Below are positions 1 through 13,154 of a DNA stretch of 64,000 nt, piece after piece. The position numbers were made by a program, and so were the translations under genes. Each line of letters opens with the position of its first letter. Within the stretch, counting starts at the first letter, position 1. The notes beneath the pieces were generated by a model. That model did not search any database, was not told the DNA's origin, and saw only the letters and a list, made by a program, of their open reading frames with translations. Source of the DNA: Eledone cirrhosa (Eukaryota); assembly GCA_964016885.1 (NCBI GenBank), contig OZ024742.1, positions 296,050,001 through 296,114,000 on the forward strand, written 5' to 3'.

Positions 1-40
1 TTGTAAAATTCTCTTAGTGTTGTCTGAAATGTATGGCCTT

Positions 41-120
41 ACACACGCTGATGAACCGAGACTAGACCATTTCTTTCAACAAATTTCTGGTGAAACATAT
101 CTTTGGATTTGTACGTGTGT
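41..120 (+). ncRNA. Type-I hammerhead ribozyme (PLE-terminus-like island)
   Basis: Stem I ACACACG(41-47)/CGTGTGT(114-120); core CTGATGA (48-54); stem II ACC.AGA/TCTGGT; GAAA (92-95); stem III CATATC-tttg-GATTTG with one mismatch; GUA cleavage triplet at 111-113. Confidence 0.8.
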
Positions 121-295
121 TATATAGTTATAGAGGTATTTATTTACGCTTTAATTTATATTTTTAATTATCGTGTCTATAGTCTGCCTTTCATAGGTTA
201 TAGATTCCATACACTGGTGGTTTTTTCCCTGTATTATTGATAACGCACTATATATCTCTCTCTGGTGTGTTTCCTTCTCAACATATTATATTTTA

Positions 296-296
296 C

Positions 297-356
<60 letters not shown>

Positions 357-367
357 GTATATATATG

Positions 368-398
<31 letters not shown>

Positions 399-427
399 GT
401 ATATATATAGGTGTATATATATAGGTA

Positions 428-470
<43 letters not shown>

Positions 471-471
471 G

Positions 472-528
<57 letters not shown>

Positions 529-570
529 GTATATATATATATGTATATATATATGTATATATATATATAT
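296..570. repeat. (TA)n/(TATG) microsatellite
   Basis: Directly visible. Confidence 0.95.
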
Positions 571-1168
571 TTGGAGATAATAATAAAGAATTCATATCTA
601 GTAACATATATATACATACAGATGCATATCAATGCTAGCAAATATATAGGTTTTGTCTTAATAACAGTGTGGTTCAATGCATGGGGTTGCAGAACAATAA
701 TATAAGAGACGGAAAATAAGAAAATTATAAAATTAACTTACTTACTAAAATATCACTTCCAACTAATTAGTTTCTGGAATGGAGTAAATATATTTTCCGA
801 AGAAGATATAGAGAAGCATTCCGTCGTCAGGAAAGTCTATTCCCATGTAAGTTTCCAGGCAAAGTGAGGACACTGGAAACTTATTAAAAAATAATTCAGT
901 GGATAGGAAATAGCAAAGCGTGGACTGAATTCCAAGCCATTGAGAAAATCACTGCCTCTACGTCTGTGGCAAATTCAAAAAGAATCGAACACGTGACATC
1001 GAGGTCAATCAGTGGAAAGTGGTTTGCTAATAAGACAGCGGCCTGCCTACAACCGTAGCAGCAGTCATGGCCAATATTGCTCGACAAATAATTTGGAGAT
1101 AATAATAAAGAATTCATATCTAGTAACATATATACATACAGATGCATATCAATGCTAGCAAATATATA
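569..1168 (-). mobile_element. Non-coding PLE-terminus/retrozyme-like unit with ~80-bp direct repeats
   Basis: 569-648 is repeated at 1091-1168; contains a minus-strand HHR; flanked on both sides by TA arrays. Confidence 0.6.
755..836 (-). ncRNA. Type-I hammerhead ribozyme
   Basis: Minus strand reads ACTTTC CTGACGA cGGAATG...CATTCCa GAAA CTAATTAG TT GGAAGT; stem I ACTTTC/GGAAGT; palindromic 8-nt loop III. Confidence 0.7.
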
Positions 1169-1176
1169 ACGTCTCT

Positions 1177-1236
1177 TATATACATATATATATGTATATA
1201 TATATATGTGTATATATACATATACATATATATTTG

Positions 1237-1267
<31 letters not shown>

Positions 1268-1320
1268 GTATACATATATATATATATATATGATTTATAT
1301 ATATATGTATATATACATAT

Positions 1321-1354
<34 letters not shown>

Positions 1355-1360
1355 ATATGT

Positions 1361-1427
<67 letters not shown>

Positions 1428-2186
1428 TGTATACATATATATATATATGTATACATATATATATATATGTATATATATATGTATATATACATATATATAT
1501 ATGTATATATATATATGTATATATACATATATATATATGTATATATATATATGTATATATACATATATATATATTATATATATGTATATGTATATGTATA
1601 TATACATATACGTGTATATATATATGTATATATACATATATATATATGTATATATATATGTATATATACATATATATATATATGTATATATACGTGTATA
1701 TATATATATATGTATATATACATATATATATATGTATGTATATGTATATGTATATATACATATACGTGTATATATATATATATATATATATGTATATAAA
1801 CATATATGTGTATATATATATATGTATATATACATATACGTGTATGTATATATATGTATATAAACATATATGTGTATATATATGTATATATACATATACA
1901 TATATATATGTATATATATATATATGTATATATACATATATATATATATGTATATATACATATACATATATATATATATGTATATATATATATGTATATA
2001 TATATATGTATATATACATATACATATATATATATATGTATATATATATGTATATATACATATATATATATACATATATATATATATGTATATATATATA
2101 TACATATATATACATATGTATATATACATATACATATATATACATATGTATATATACATATACATATATATATATATATGTATATA

Positions 2187-2244
<58 letters not shown>

Positions 2245-2245
2245 C

Positions 2246-2328
<83 letters not shown>

Positions 2329-2370
2329 CGTATATATATATATGTATATATACATATACATATATATATG

Positions 2371-2408
<38 letters not shown>

Positions 2409-2416
2409 TATATATG

Positions 2417-2449
<33 letters not shown>

Positions 2450-2656
2450 GTATATATACATATACGTATATATATATATGTATATATACATATACGTATA
2501 TATATATATATGTATATATACGTATACGTATATATATATATGTATATATACGTATACGTATATATATATATGTATATATACGTATACGTATATATATATA
2601 TGTATATATGCATATACCTATATATATATGTATATACATATACGTATATATATATG
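1177..2656. repeat. ~1.5-kb degenerate (TA)n array with TATG/TACA/TACG variants
   Basis: Directly visible; source of the YIYI pseudo-ORFs. Confidence 0.95.
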
Positions 2657-2752
2657 TAGGTGGTGAGTTTTATTGTAGTACAATAAAGCAATGCAGATAT
2701 CGGATAAGAAGCACTCTACAGTTTGTAGGACTGGAGTATACATAATATATAA

Positions 2753-4105
2753 AGTCGGAAAATTCCTCAACTTCGCGGTGGAATTTATCGTGACGATGGA
2801 CTCTTTACTATCTTAAATTGCAACATAGTTAACCTTAATATTATTAAGAACAATATACGTAATCTCTTTAACCAACATAACCTAAAAATTGAATTTGATA
2901 ACAGCATCAAACTAGCTAATTTCTTGGATGTATCTCTTAATCTTGACGCTGGCCTATATTACCCTTACCATAAAAACAATGAGAACCTAAATTATGTTAA
3001 CTTTAAATCTAACCATCCTACTAATATCAAGAATGCTATAGTTAGTAATATTGGAAAAAGAATATCTAACCTACCTTCTAATAAAAACATCTTTAATGCT
3101 AACGCCAATTACTATAATAACGCGCTTTCTAAAGCCGGCTATCCTGACAAAATTAAATATAGTAAAGAAACAAATTCTAGAAGAAATTACAGTAGAATAA
3201 TTAATCATGATCATTCCAATAACTTTAATAAAAGACCTAGATACAAAAACATAATCTGGTATAATGCTCCTTTCTCCATCTCTATTAATAACAATATTCC
3301 TAAATTATTCTTTAGTGCCTTAAATAAATGCTTCCCTCCCTCACATATCTATAGTAAAATATTTAACAAACACACTATAAAATTTTCCTATTCTACATCC
3401 TCCAACATTTCCAACACTATCTCTAAACACAACAATAAAATACTAAATACTAAATCTCTTCCTTCCAACACTGAATATCATAATAATAGTACTCCCGACG
3501 TCATTGTAAACCCTAGGCTAATTTCTACAAACCCAAATACAATGTCAAACACAACTTCGCTAAATGTTCTTAATCCCATTCTAAATCAAGATACTATTAT
3601 TCCTATCGCAAATAACTTCTCCAATCCAATTCCTTCTATAGATAACACTAGGTCACTCATTAATAATCTCTCTAATTGCAACTGCCGCATTAAAAATAAA
3701 TGTCCTCTCAACAACCATTGTCTTGATAAAAACTTAATTTACGAATGTAAAGTTATAACTGACACCAATTCCTTCACCTATTTTGGCTCCACTTCCACCC
3801 CTTTTAAAGCTCGTCTTTATAACCATCATTCGTCTTTTAAATACAAATTTAAAAGAACCAACACGGCTCTCTCAGAACTCATATGGTCCTTGAAGGACAA
3901 AAATATTAAATATAGCATCTTTTGGAAGAAGGTTTCTTCTGCGTCTCCATACTTGAGCAGTTCTCTATCCAAAATTTGCAATCTCTGTCTAAATGAAAAA
4001 TTTACCATTATTTCTAATTTAGATTCTATAATAAATAGACGCACTGACTTGTTTTCTATCTGCTTGCATAAATTCCATAAAACATTTCACAAAGTATACA
4101 GCTAA
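2753..4105 (+). CDS. PLE reverse transcriptase (C-terminal half) and GIY-YIG endonuclease, 5'-truncated
   Basis: The frame of ORF 2924..4105 is open from 2753. It includes GIYRDDGL (YRDD at 2786-2797), NFLDVS, SNHP, IIWYNAPFS, CNCRIKNKC (CxCx5C), LIY...YFG, KARLYNH (KxRxxxH), CNLC..EK and a terminal CLH. Confidence 0.88.
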   Translation, partial: SRKIPQLRGGIYRDDGLFTILNCNIVNLNIIKNNIRNLFNQHNLKIEFDNSIKLANFLDVSLNLDAGLYYPYHKNNENLNYVNFKSNHPTNIKNAIVSNIGKRISNLPSNKNIFNANANYYNNALSKAGYPDKIKYSKETNSRRNYSRIINHDHSNNFNKRPRYKNIIWYNAPFSISINNNIPKLFFSALNKCFPPSHIYSKIFNKHTIKFSYSTSSNISNTISKHNNKILNTKSLPSNTEYHNNSTPDVIVNPRLISTNPNTMSNTTSLNVLNPILNQDTIIPIANNFSNPIPSIDNTRSLINNLSNCNCRIKNKCPLNNHCLDKNLIYECKVITDTNSFTYFGSTSTPFKARLYNHHSSFKYKFKRTNTALSELIWSLKDKNIKYSIFWKKVSSASPYLSSSLSKICNLCLNEKFTIISNLDSIINRRTDLFSICLHKFHKTFHKVYS

Positions 4106-5002
4106 TATTCAATTCTTTATCAATTTAGAATCTTTTTCTCAAAGGCATATATATATATATATATACACTTCTTTTAAAAATATACCCATCTTTCTACCTT
4201 ATTTCAAAGGTTATTATACATTCTATAATACTTATTACTCATTCTACATCGCTCCTATTTATCACTTCCCTTTCTTCTCTTCTTCTTTTAATGTCTAACC
4301 CCTAATCTGTACCTTTTTCTCACTCTTGCCTAACATAGAATCAATTATTACATAATACAATACATTCTTACTCTATATCACCTTGTAAAAATCCTTCGTA
4401 AACATATACATTTTTTTGACGTTAGATTATTCATCCTCAATTCATTTTTCTTTTCTCCCTTTCATCTAACTCATTCATGCCCATCTCACAATATTTCCTT
4501 ACTTAAATAACCTGTTGTTCCTTTTAATAATACATATCAACATTTTCTTAACATCGCACATATTATTAAACCCTTAAATATTATTCTCAATACATATTAA
4601 CATTTTCTTTGTCATCGCACATATTATCAAACCCCTCAATATACAAACCTTAACTTTACATTATTTTTCTCTTCGTTAATTTTAAAATTCTTTTAATTTA
4701 TACATTATCTTCCAACGGTTTTCAATCTCTCTATGTAAAACAATATATCTTTCTCAGTTATAAAAGCTATCTCTCTCTCTCTATCACCCATCTCTCCTCC
4801 TATCTCATCCTTCCTCATTATACTCCTCCCTCTCCACTTTTTACTCTCATCTCCTCCTCTTTTTCATCCTTTCCACCCCCACCCCCCTCTAAATAAAATA
4901 TTTTTCCCAATATCACACATCAATCTAAAACTACTTCTCATATGTTGATTTAAAACTGAACTATCCACAAGTGTTTTTTAACCTTCATATCATGTCTTCC
5001 TG

Positions 5003-5069
5003 TTTTATCTGATGAAAACACAAATATTATTGCATGATGATATTTGTTTTTGAAATGCGCATAATAAAA
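5003..5069 (+). ncRNA. Type-I hammerhead ribozyme at the PLE 3' end
   Basis: TTTTAT CTGATGA(5009-5015) AAACACAAATAT...ATATTTGTTTTT GAAA(5052-55) TGCGCA TA ATAAAA; stem I TTTTAT/ATAAAA; palindromic loop III. Confidence 0.85.
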
Positions 5070-5099
5070 TACATGGAACTCTTTTAACCATCTTTTGTT

Positions 5100-5101
<2 letters not shown>

Positions 5102-5157
<56 letters not shown>

Positions 5158-5159
5158 CG

Positions 5160-5193
<34 letters not shown>

Positions 5194-5223
5194 CGTATAT
5201 ATATATGTATATATACATATACG

Positions 5224-5255
<32 letters not shown>

Positions 5256-5257
5256 CG

Positions 5258-5291
<34 letters not shown>

Positions 5292-5351
5292 CGTATATAT
5301 ATATATGTATATATACATATACGTATATATATATGTATATATACATATACG

Positions 5352-5383
<32 letters not shown>

Positions 5384-5425
5384 CATATATGTATATATAT
5401 ATATGTATATACACATATATATGCA
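5102..5425. repeat. (TA)n array with CATATACG variants
   Basis: Directly visible. Confidence 0.95.
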
Positions 5426-5773
5426 TATACAGAATTATACACATGGCATTTGTATTGGGGGAAAATGCCGAATTGTCAATGATATTGTTATAAGAACATC
5501 CTGTTTTATGTATTCAAATCATTTCCTCAGGCAAATTGCATGAGATAAATCCCTAAACTGTTATGATATATTCTCTAGATGAATTGCATGCGTGATTAAC
5601 ATTTCTAATATGGCATTTAAAACAAACCCTTGATATATGCAGTCATTATCTGTAAGAAGAGTTAGTATGCATTTCATATAAATGACCGATAATTGTTTCA
5701 ATTTTACATAATTTGCAAGATTTATAGGAATATATATATATACATATATATATATATATGTGTGTGTGTCAGT

Positions 5774-5807
<34 letters not shown>

Positions 5808-5819
5808 TCACTTATATAT

Positions 5820-5860
<41 letters not shown>

Positions 5861-6016
5861 AGAGAGAGAAAAAGAGAGAGAGAAGGGGTTTCAGATAAAC
5901 ATTTTTGGAAATAATATTTTATGCAACTTGCAGAATAAATATATTTTCTGTATCTAAGAAAAACACAGAAATATATGAATGATTTTATAGTCAGTAACAA
6001 TATTAGTGATTATATA

Positions 6017-7382
6017 TCTATATATATAAAACAGAGGATGTCTGTCTATCTGTGTGTGTGTCTGTTTGTCTGTGTAAATCCCTAAAACTCGAGAAATACC
6101 CGACTGATTTTTTTCAAACTTTACACATGCAATGGGCTAAATAAATTTTAACTTTTTCTGCCCTGGGGCCCGCATTGGCCAAAAAACCGCATATTTTAGG
6201 TATTTTTAGGCTATTTTAAGTCGGAACTTAAAGATAATCCAGCCGATTTGCTCAAAATTTGCAGCACTCATTAGTTAGTCCCCTTGCATTTCCGATTCCA
6301 TTAATGGTTTCTAGGAAATTTACGAATTAGCATTGGGCATTACATGCCATTTTCATTTTCAATATAAACGCTATTTAAACATCGTAAGTAGCGTATAATA
6401 ATTCATCAAAAATTTGGTTTATTTAACAGAGGACACAACACTTACTTACTTTTAAGCAGGGCCATTTTTGGAGGATTAAGGAAATGAGGAGGACCTTAAA
6501 ATTTTTGTCGCAACCCTGTTGATGCTTCGTATTATTGACACCGTAAAACTCACATTTGTGTAAATGACAAGATATGATGCCTATTCACAAAATTTCCCCA
6601 AATTTTAATAATATTAAGACACCCTAATGTGGGTTAAACCCCCATATAGTGAAAGTTTTGGCCAATAAATGGAACAAGATGTGTTGTAACAAGATTGCAT
6701 GAGAACTTGATTGAAGCAACCATTATATTCGGGTCTTACAAAGGTCAAGCTCTTTTCATTCCGAGGATTCCACTTATACCAAGTGATAACGAGTTGCCTT
6801 TTACATTTAAGAAGCTGCAGTTTCCAGTGAGGTCATGCTTTGCCATGAGCATCATTAAGAGTTAAGGTCAAACTTTCAAAACTATTGGTATAGATCTGAC
6901 AAACCCATGTTTCAGTCATGGCATGTTTTATGTGGCTGTTTCAAGGACTGTAACTTCAAAACATCTCTACATTTTAGCCAATCAAAGAAAGACAAGAAAT
7001 GTTGTTTACCCTGAAGTTCTTCATTAGGACAAAGTATGAAATATATTATGTATTTATTATGTTAAAAAATAAATAATTAAACTTTGAATTTCTAATTTGA
7101 AAATAATGATTTACACAAAAATGAAATGATCAAGTTTTGAATTGATATTTTGAAAAATATTATTTACAAGAAACAAAATAAGAATAAGATTTAATAATGT
7201 AATTTTGATTTGATATATTACAAAAAATAATGATTTCCAATTTTTCATGCATTGCATTTTACATTGAGTAATATTGTAATCCAGAGTTTTTCTCCATAAA
7301 TTATATCACTGATTTAAATCAATCATCATTTTCTTACAAAAAAAATGTGTGAAACGCAGCAAGGCGCGGGTAATTCGGCTAG
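6017..7382 (+). mobile_element. Internally deleted Helitron
   Basis: 5' TC at 6017 preceded by A; 3' CTAG at 7379-7382 followed by T; GC-rich subterminal hairpin-like motif; retains a PIF1 helicase C-terminus. Confidence 0.85.
6668..7027 (+). pseudogene. Helitron RepHel PIF1-family helicase C-terminal fragment
   Basis: NGTRCVVTRLHENLIEA...FIPRIPLIP...FKKLQFPVRSCFAMSIIKS*GQT...PCFSHGMFYVAVSR...TRNVVYPEVL; in-frame stop at 6863. Confidence 0.9.
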
Positions 7383-7396
7383 TATATATATATAAA

Positions 7397-7560
7397 GGTG
7401 GTGAATTGGCAGAGTCATTAAGACGTTGGATTGAATGCTTTATGGTATTCCTCCCACCTCATTGCACAATCTGAGTTCAAATCCCGCCGTGGTCAACTTC
7501 GCCTTTCATCCTTTCGAGGTCGATAACAAAAGAACCAGTCCAGTACTGGGGTTGATTCTT
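7397..7560 (+). mobile_element. tRNA-derived SINE, family A
   Basis: B-box-like GAGTTCAAATCC and core GCCTTTCATCCTTTCGAGGTCGATAA shared with many other copies in the window. Confidence 0.7.
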
Positions 7561-7695
7561 CCTCTATAGAAAGAAAATTCAGCTGAGTTCAGACATGGAG
7601 AGGGTTGGGCTCTGCCAGGTTTAAAAGTGCCCTAGATACACCATATGACAGTGCCTCTATGGTTCCACAAGGAATTATGGGATCTTTATTCTTTT

Positions 7696-7727
<32 letters not shown>

Positions 7728-8199
7728 CATATATCATCATCATCATCTGCTTTTCCTGTTAGCAAGGGCTGGACAGATCTACATAGACCAAGTCAATACT
7801 GAAGCGGAGCCACTGATCTCCTTGGCAAGCCAGGGATCTATGTCTCGCTTTATGTACACTCGACACTCCGAGTGCACAAGAGAGGTTGCTATGTCTTTGA
7901 CACAAATCAGCATTCTCTTGACCCTTTGTCTAGCAAGCTTTCTATGGCTGGATGCCCTTCCTATCACCAATCACTTTAAAGCATGAACTGGTGCATTTTT
8001 CTTATAGATCACCAACACTAGAGAGGTTGTTGTGTCTTTGATATGACTGAAGGGTCCTCCTGACCCTTTGTTTAGCTATCCATGACTGAATACCCTTCCC
8101 ATCACCTACCACTTCATAGAAGAAGGGGGAAGCTGCTTGAATGAGAGGAACATGTGCAGTGGGGTTGAAGTAGTGATGTTGAAGATAATTGTTGGGGTA

Positions 8200-8990
8200 G
8201 ATCAGGTCACATTATATGCTGCAGGTCAAGTCTTCCACAGCACTTCATAGTGCCAGCCCTCATGGTCTTTAGTAATTTCTGGGTTCTTATCCAAACTATT
8301 TCAGTACATCCTCCCCTACTACTAATTTGATGGCCTAGGTAGCAAAAGCTGTCAACAACTTCTATGGAGCTCCCCGGCAGCTGAGGGAATTTATTTCATA
8401 TTTGTTCTTTCTGCTTACTTCCTCTGTGCATCTGCTGCATATAAAGCCTATCTTTTCCATTAGCCTACCTGCAATCCCACTACATCTCTTGGTGTCCATA
8501 ATATACATTGTGTGCACCTTATGGAATTTCTGTACACCCCTTTCTGACATATCAAACAAGGCCACTTTCCTGGTGGTATCACCTTCCTGTCTTCTTTTGT
8601 ACTTATCAAAACTTTCATTTTTGCCAAATTTTTGCTTTTAGGCCCCTCAGTTCCAGGTTCTTCTTCCTTGCTTGAAATCTTGCTTCTAGGTCTCCTATGG
8701 ATTCAGTTATGAGGACTAGGTCATCAACATATAGGAGCTCCCATGGAGAGCCAGTTTTAAACTTCTCAGTAATGGCCTGAAACACATTGTTAAATGGGAG
8801 TGGACCAAGGACTGATCTCTGGTGGACCCCAAATTGCACTTCAAATTCACTACTGTACTCATTGACAACTCTTACTCTGCTGGTTGCTCCTCTACACATG
8901 GCCTGCATAGCCCTCACAAGCCATTTATCTACACCTAGCTTTCTAAGTGCCTGCCAGATTATAGAGCATGGGACCGTGTCAAAGGCCTTA
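8200..8990 (-). mobile_element. Degenerate RTE-clade LINE RT fragment
   Basis: GVHQRSVLGPLPF, PWELLYVDDLVLI, KRCSGI..RL...GFICSRC and VDSFCYLG on the minus strand, with frameshifts. Confidence 0.8.
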
Positions 8991-9569
8991 ACATCTTGTG
9001 TTGATTTAGTAGAATATATCTAAAAACAGGTTTGTGAACTGAAATGTTTATAGTATTTTTACTTGTGGACATATCATTGTGAAACTTTGTAGTGAACTAA
9101 AATAATGATTTTAATTTTTAATTTGATGTAAGCATAATGCAGTTTTGCATTTTTCCTGAAGTTTGCCGATGCGGTTTCATCATGTGGTATATGGCTTTAA
9201 GAATTGATACAATATGTGAGTGTGTAGGCGTGGTGAGGGTGAATAAAGTAAAATAAAGAGCAAATAGGAAATAAATTTAGTACATTATATGACCAAAAAG
9301 TATTATTTTAGACCATTAATTAATATTTTTTCTCTATTGATAACATTAACTAAATTGAAAATATTATTGGTAGCAACACATTGAATAGTGAACAAGTAAA
9401 ATATGTACGAGTCAAAACATTATACAACACAATACACTATATGAAGGTTTGAAAAGATTCTTTCCAAAATTGATTAATATTATTAAAACACAGTGTAACA
9501 TTGTTAATGCACCATACTAGATGTAGTGATTCATTTCATTTCTATTCAAGCAGAAGTACACATCTCTCC

Positions 9570-10110
9570 CACCATGACCACCACAACTACAACAACCACT
9601 ACTGCTGGCACCATCACTGCCCCAGCCACCACTGCCACCACCAGTTCTTGCTTCTCTTTCACCACCACCACCACCACTACTACCATTATCACCACCACCT
9701 CCACTACTACCGTCATCATCACCACCACCACCATTACCACTACTACCACTACTATCATCACCACCACCATCACCAACAATACCACCACCACCACTACTAC
9801 CACTACCACCACCACAACTACCATCACTATTATCACCACCACTACTACATCACCACCGCTAATACTACCACCACCACTATTATTACCATTACCAGCACCA
9901 TTACAACTACCATCACCACCATTGCCACTGCCATCACCACCACCACCACCACTACTACTACCACCACCATCACTTCTACTACTACCACCACTACTACCAC
10001 CACCACTACTACTACCACCACCACTACCACCACCGCCACCACTACTACCACCCCACCCCCACTGCCACTATTACCATCACAACCAACACCTCCACTGCTG
10101 CATCTATCAT
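9570..10110. repeat. (CAC/CAT/TAC)n trinucleotide low-complexity tract
   Basis: Directly visible. Confidence 0.9.
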
Positions 10111-10404
10111 CACCCTTCTCTCTCCCTCCCTTCTCTCTTTCCTCCTTCTCCCTCTGTCTCTCTCTCTCATCTAAATTTTTAACATATATCTTTTCTTTTA
10201 ATAAAATAGCTAACAAGCAAGCTGTAATCGATAATTTCTAATTTTGTACAAATGAATAGATGTCAATAACTTTTGGCAATAGTCCATAGAAAAACACTAA
10301 CAAAACCACCCCAAAACAGCCCAGCACATTTTAGCGGTACGTAAACCATAAATATTGATAGTAATTCAACCGTTTTTATTCTTTTCACACCACATTTCAA
10401 GCCG

Positions 10405-10680
10405 GTTTTTATTTTATTTTAATTTTTATTTTTCATTTTTTATTTATTTTATTTTTTATTTTATTTTTATTTTATTTTTATTTTATTTTTATTTTATTTT
10501 TATTTTATTTTTATTTTGTTTTGCTTTATTTTTATCTTATTTTATTTTTATTTTATTTTTATTTTGTTTTGTTTTATTTTTATCTTATTTTATTTTTATA
10601 TTATTTCATTTTTATTTTATTTCACATTTTGTTTTATATTTTGTTTTATGTTTTGTTTTGTTTTGTTTTGTTTTATATTG
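10405..10680. repeat. (TTTTA/TTTTG)n tract
   Basis: Directly visible. Confidence 0.9.
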
Positions 10681-11057
10681 TTATAATAATACCATCAATA
10701 AAAAAAAAAAAAATATTTTTTAAAGATAAATGTTAGTAAAATAAAAAAAAAAAAGAACATTGACCTTGAGATATAAAATATAGAGAAAAAACTAATATTC
10801 ATTGTATAAAAGACACAGTAATGAATTAAGCTTTCAATATTTTTGAATATATCCTAAAAGTTTCTAGGTTTTATTTTGTATATTATGAATATTTTGTATT
10901 TAAAAAATGGATCGATATTTCTTCTGTGTGAGAACGCTTGCTTCTGAATCTTCTGTTCATTTCATATAGAATTTTGTTAGTTTCAACCCTCATGCCTTAC
11001 CATTGCCACCACACTCTCTATCATTACCAAGGTCGTTACTATTACTACTACTGATAA

Positions 11058-11712
11058 TAATAATTGTTTCTACTTTTGGCACAAGGCCAGCAATTATCCC
11101 AGTGTATTACTGGTGCTTTATTTTATCGACCCCGTAAGGATGAAAGGTAAAGTTAACCTCAGTGGGATTTGAACTCAGACCATAAAGCGGCATAACTCTT
11201 TACTGCAAAGCATGGCGTTAGACGCTCTACCGATACTGCCAATCCACCACCCTACTACTGATAATATTAATAATAATAATAATAATAATAGTTGTTTACC
11301 ATTTAGGCACAAGGCCATCAATTTTGGGAGAGGGAAAAGTCAGTTAAATCGACCCCAGTGCGTTACTTGTTCATTATTTATCTACTCCGTAAGGATGAAA
11401 AGCAAAGCTAACCTTGGAGGGATTTTGATTTCAGAACGTAAAGGGACGTAACTCTATGCCACAAAGCATGTTGCTTGACACTCTACTGATACTGCAGTCC
11501 AATGCCATTTCTACTATTACTAATAATAATACTAATACTAGTACTAATAGTAATTGTTTCTACTTTAGGCACAAGGCCAGCAAATACCCAGTGCATTACT
11601 GGTACTTTATTTTATCGACCCTGCAAGGATGAAAGGCAAAGTCAACCTTGGCAGGATTTGAACTCAGATCATAAATGGACTTAACTATGCTGGAAAGCAT
11701 GGCGTCCGACCC
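11058..11712 (-). mobile_element. Three tandem family-A SINE copies
   Basis: Repeated GGCACAAGGCC...ACCC.TAAGGATGAAA..CAAAG...GATTTGAACTCAGA blocks separated by (TAA)n. Confidence 0.75.
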
Positions 11713-12516
11713 TAATGATTTCTTTATTAGCCACACGGGGCTCATATTAAGAAAACATTAATGATGGTGCAGGACATCACGGAACAATGAGTGTGGGTTT
11801 TTGTGTGGAAAAAGTTTATAACAAAAAACTAAAAGAAAAAATAGTATGTATACAAAAAAAGATAACAAAAACAATAAAAAAAAAATTAGAACATAATTCC
11901 TCAATAGGAGAAGCACTACCCTGAAGTAACATTAGGACCTCCACAGATCCTAAACTACCTTCAACTCTATGAGCACCTTAGGAAGGTGCCCCTCTCTTCT
12001 TCAATCTTTCCAGCTTACAGGTGTGTAGTCAGACTAGACCTACCCATTTGGACCATTCTCACAACTATCACCCACCTTTTAACAAATGCACTTCCCTCTA
12101 TAGCCTCACCTTCCTTTGCAAGTTTAGTTGATGAGGGCTTGGCTGCTGGAATGTGATTATGAGAGTGATATATCTACTATTTCTAGCAGGTTTATGTGAC
12201 CACGTAGATGCACCTTCAAATTAATACAGAATGGTGTCTGCCATACAGATAGATCAAGGTGAATTTTTAAAAGTAGCCAGATTAAAACATGAATATATTT
12301 ACACAGTTATATATATATATATACTATAAAGTATGTCCATAGAATCATTTGATAATATATATACAGCATTTCCTCTCCCAATTAGCATAATCAACCACAC
12401 AAAAAATCAATTAAACCAGGCTATAAGATTAAAAGGCACCTATGAAGAAATAGTAGATAAATAAACAACAGCAATTTATTCGGAATCAACCGCTATAGAA
12501 TATTTACCCAACATTT

Positions 12517-12563
<47 letters not shown>

Positions 12564-13154
12564 GGTGTTTGTTTCAGTGTCTGCCTTTACATTGACATTA
12601 ATTGAAAATTTGTTTATATCTTGTATTTTAGCAGCATTGTTAGAGGCTAACTAAACCTACACAGGTATGATGAGCTGTACTAATGTGGAGTATTAGTAAC
12701 TCACAAGTACAAGGAAAGATAATTGAAAGAGATGCAAAATTGAATTATTTTAAAAGAAAATAGAATTTTAATGTTAAGAGAAAAATTGTCTATCTTTTTG
12801 GCAGTTGTTGATAGCGTCCAGATTGGAGTGATTTTAAAATCAATCAAATATGGTTTTAGAAAGAAACGATAACTTCAGAAAACCCATCACTCAATATCTC
12901 TGGTGTTGGCAAGTATTATGTGTTTGATTTTAGTGTTTGCTTTATATGAACAGCAAAAACTGTGAATATATGATCGAAATTACTTATTGATTATATTTCA
13001 TATAAACATGCTTTGTAATAGATTTTCTATAGATTACATAGATTTAGACATGAGCACAGGTACATGGCAATTCAATGGGACATATATTAACCATTATTTG
13101 CTGCTATAAAATACTATTCTCTCTCTCTGTATATAATATATATATATATATATA

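Larger units (their letters stand above)
2753..5102 (+). mobile_element. 5'-truncated Penelope-like retroelement, Hydra-clade-like, inserted in (TA)n
   Basis: RT C-terminal half plus GIY-YIG ORF, ~1-kb 3' UTR ending in an HHR, TA arrays on both sides. Confidence 0.85.

Noticed and set aside
234-2745. Long YIYI-rich ORFs (also at ~5100 and ~48000)
   Set aside because: They are translations of (TA)n arrays, which lack stop codons in several frames.
2924-4105. Selenoprotein-type (UGA-recoded) PLE
   Set aside because: No in-frame TGA in the ORF and no SECIS recognised.
9501-10241. His-, Thr- or Pro-rich ORFs resembling mucin or His-rich proteins (also 39144-39557)
   Set aside because: Trinucleotide low-complexity repeat open in several frames on both strands, with no splice or domain evidence.
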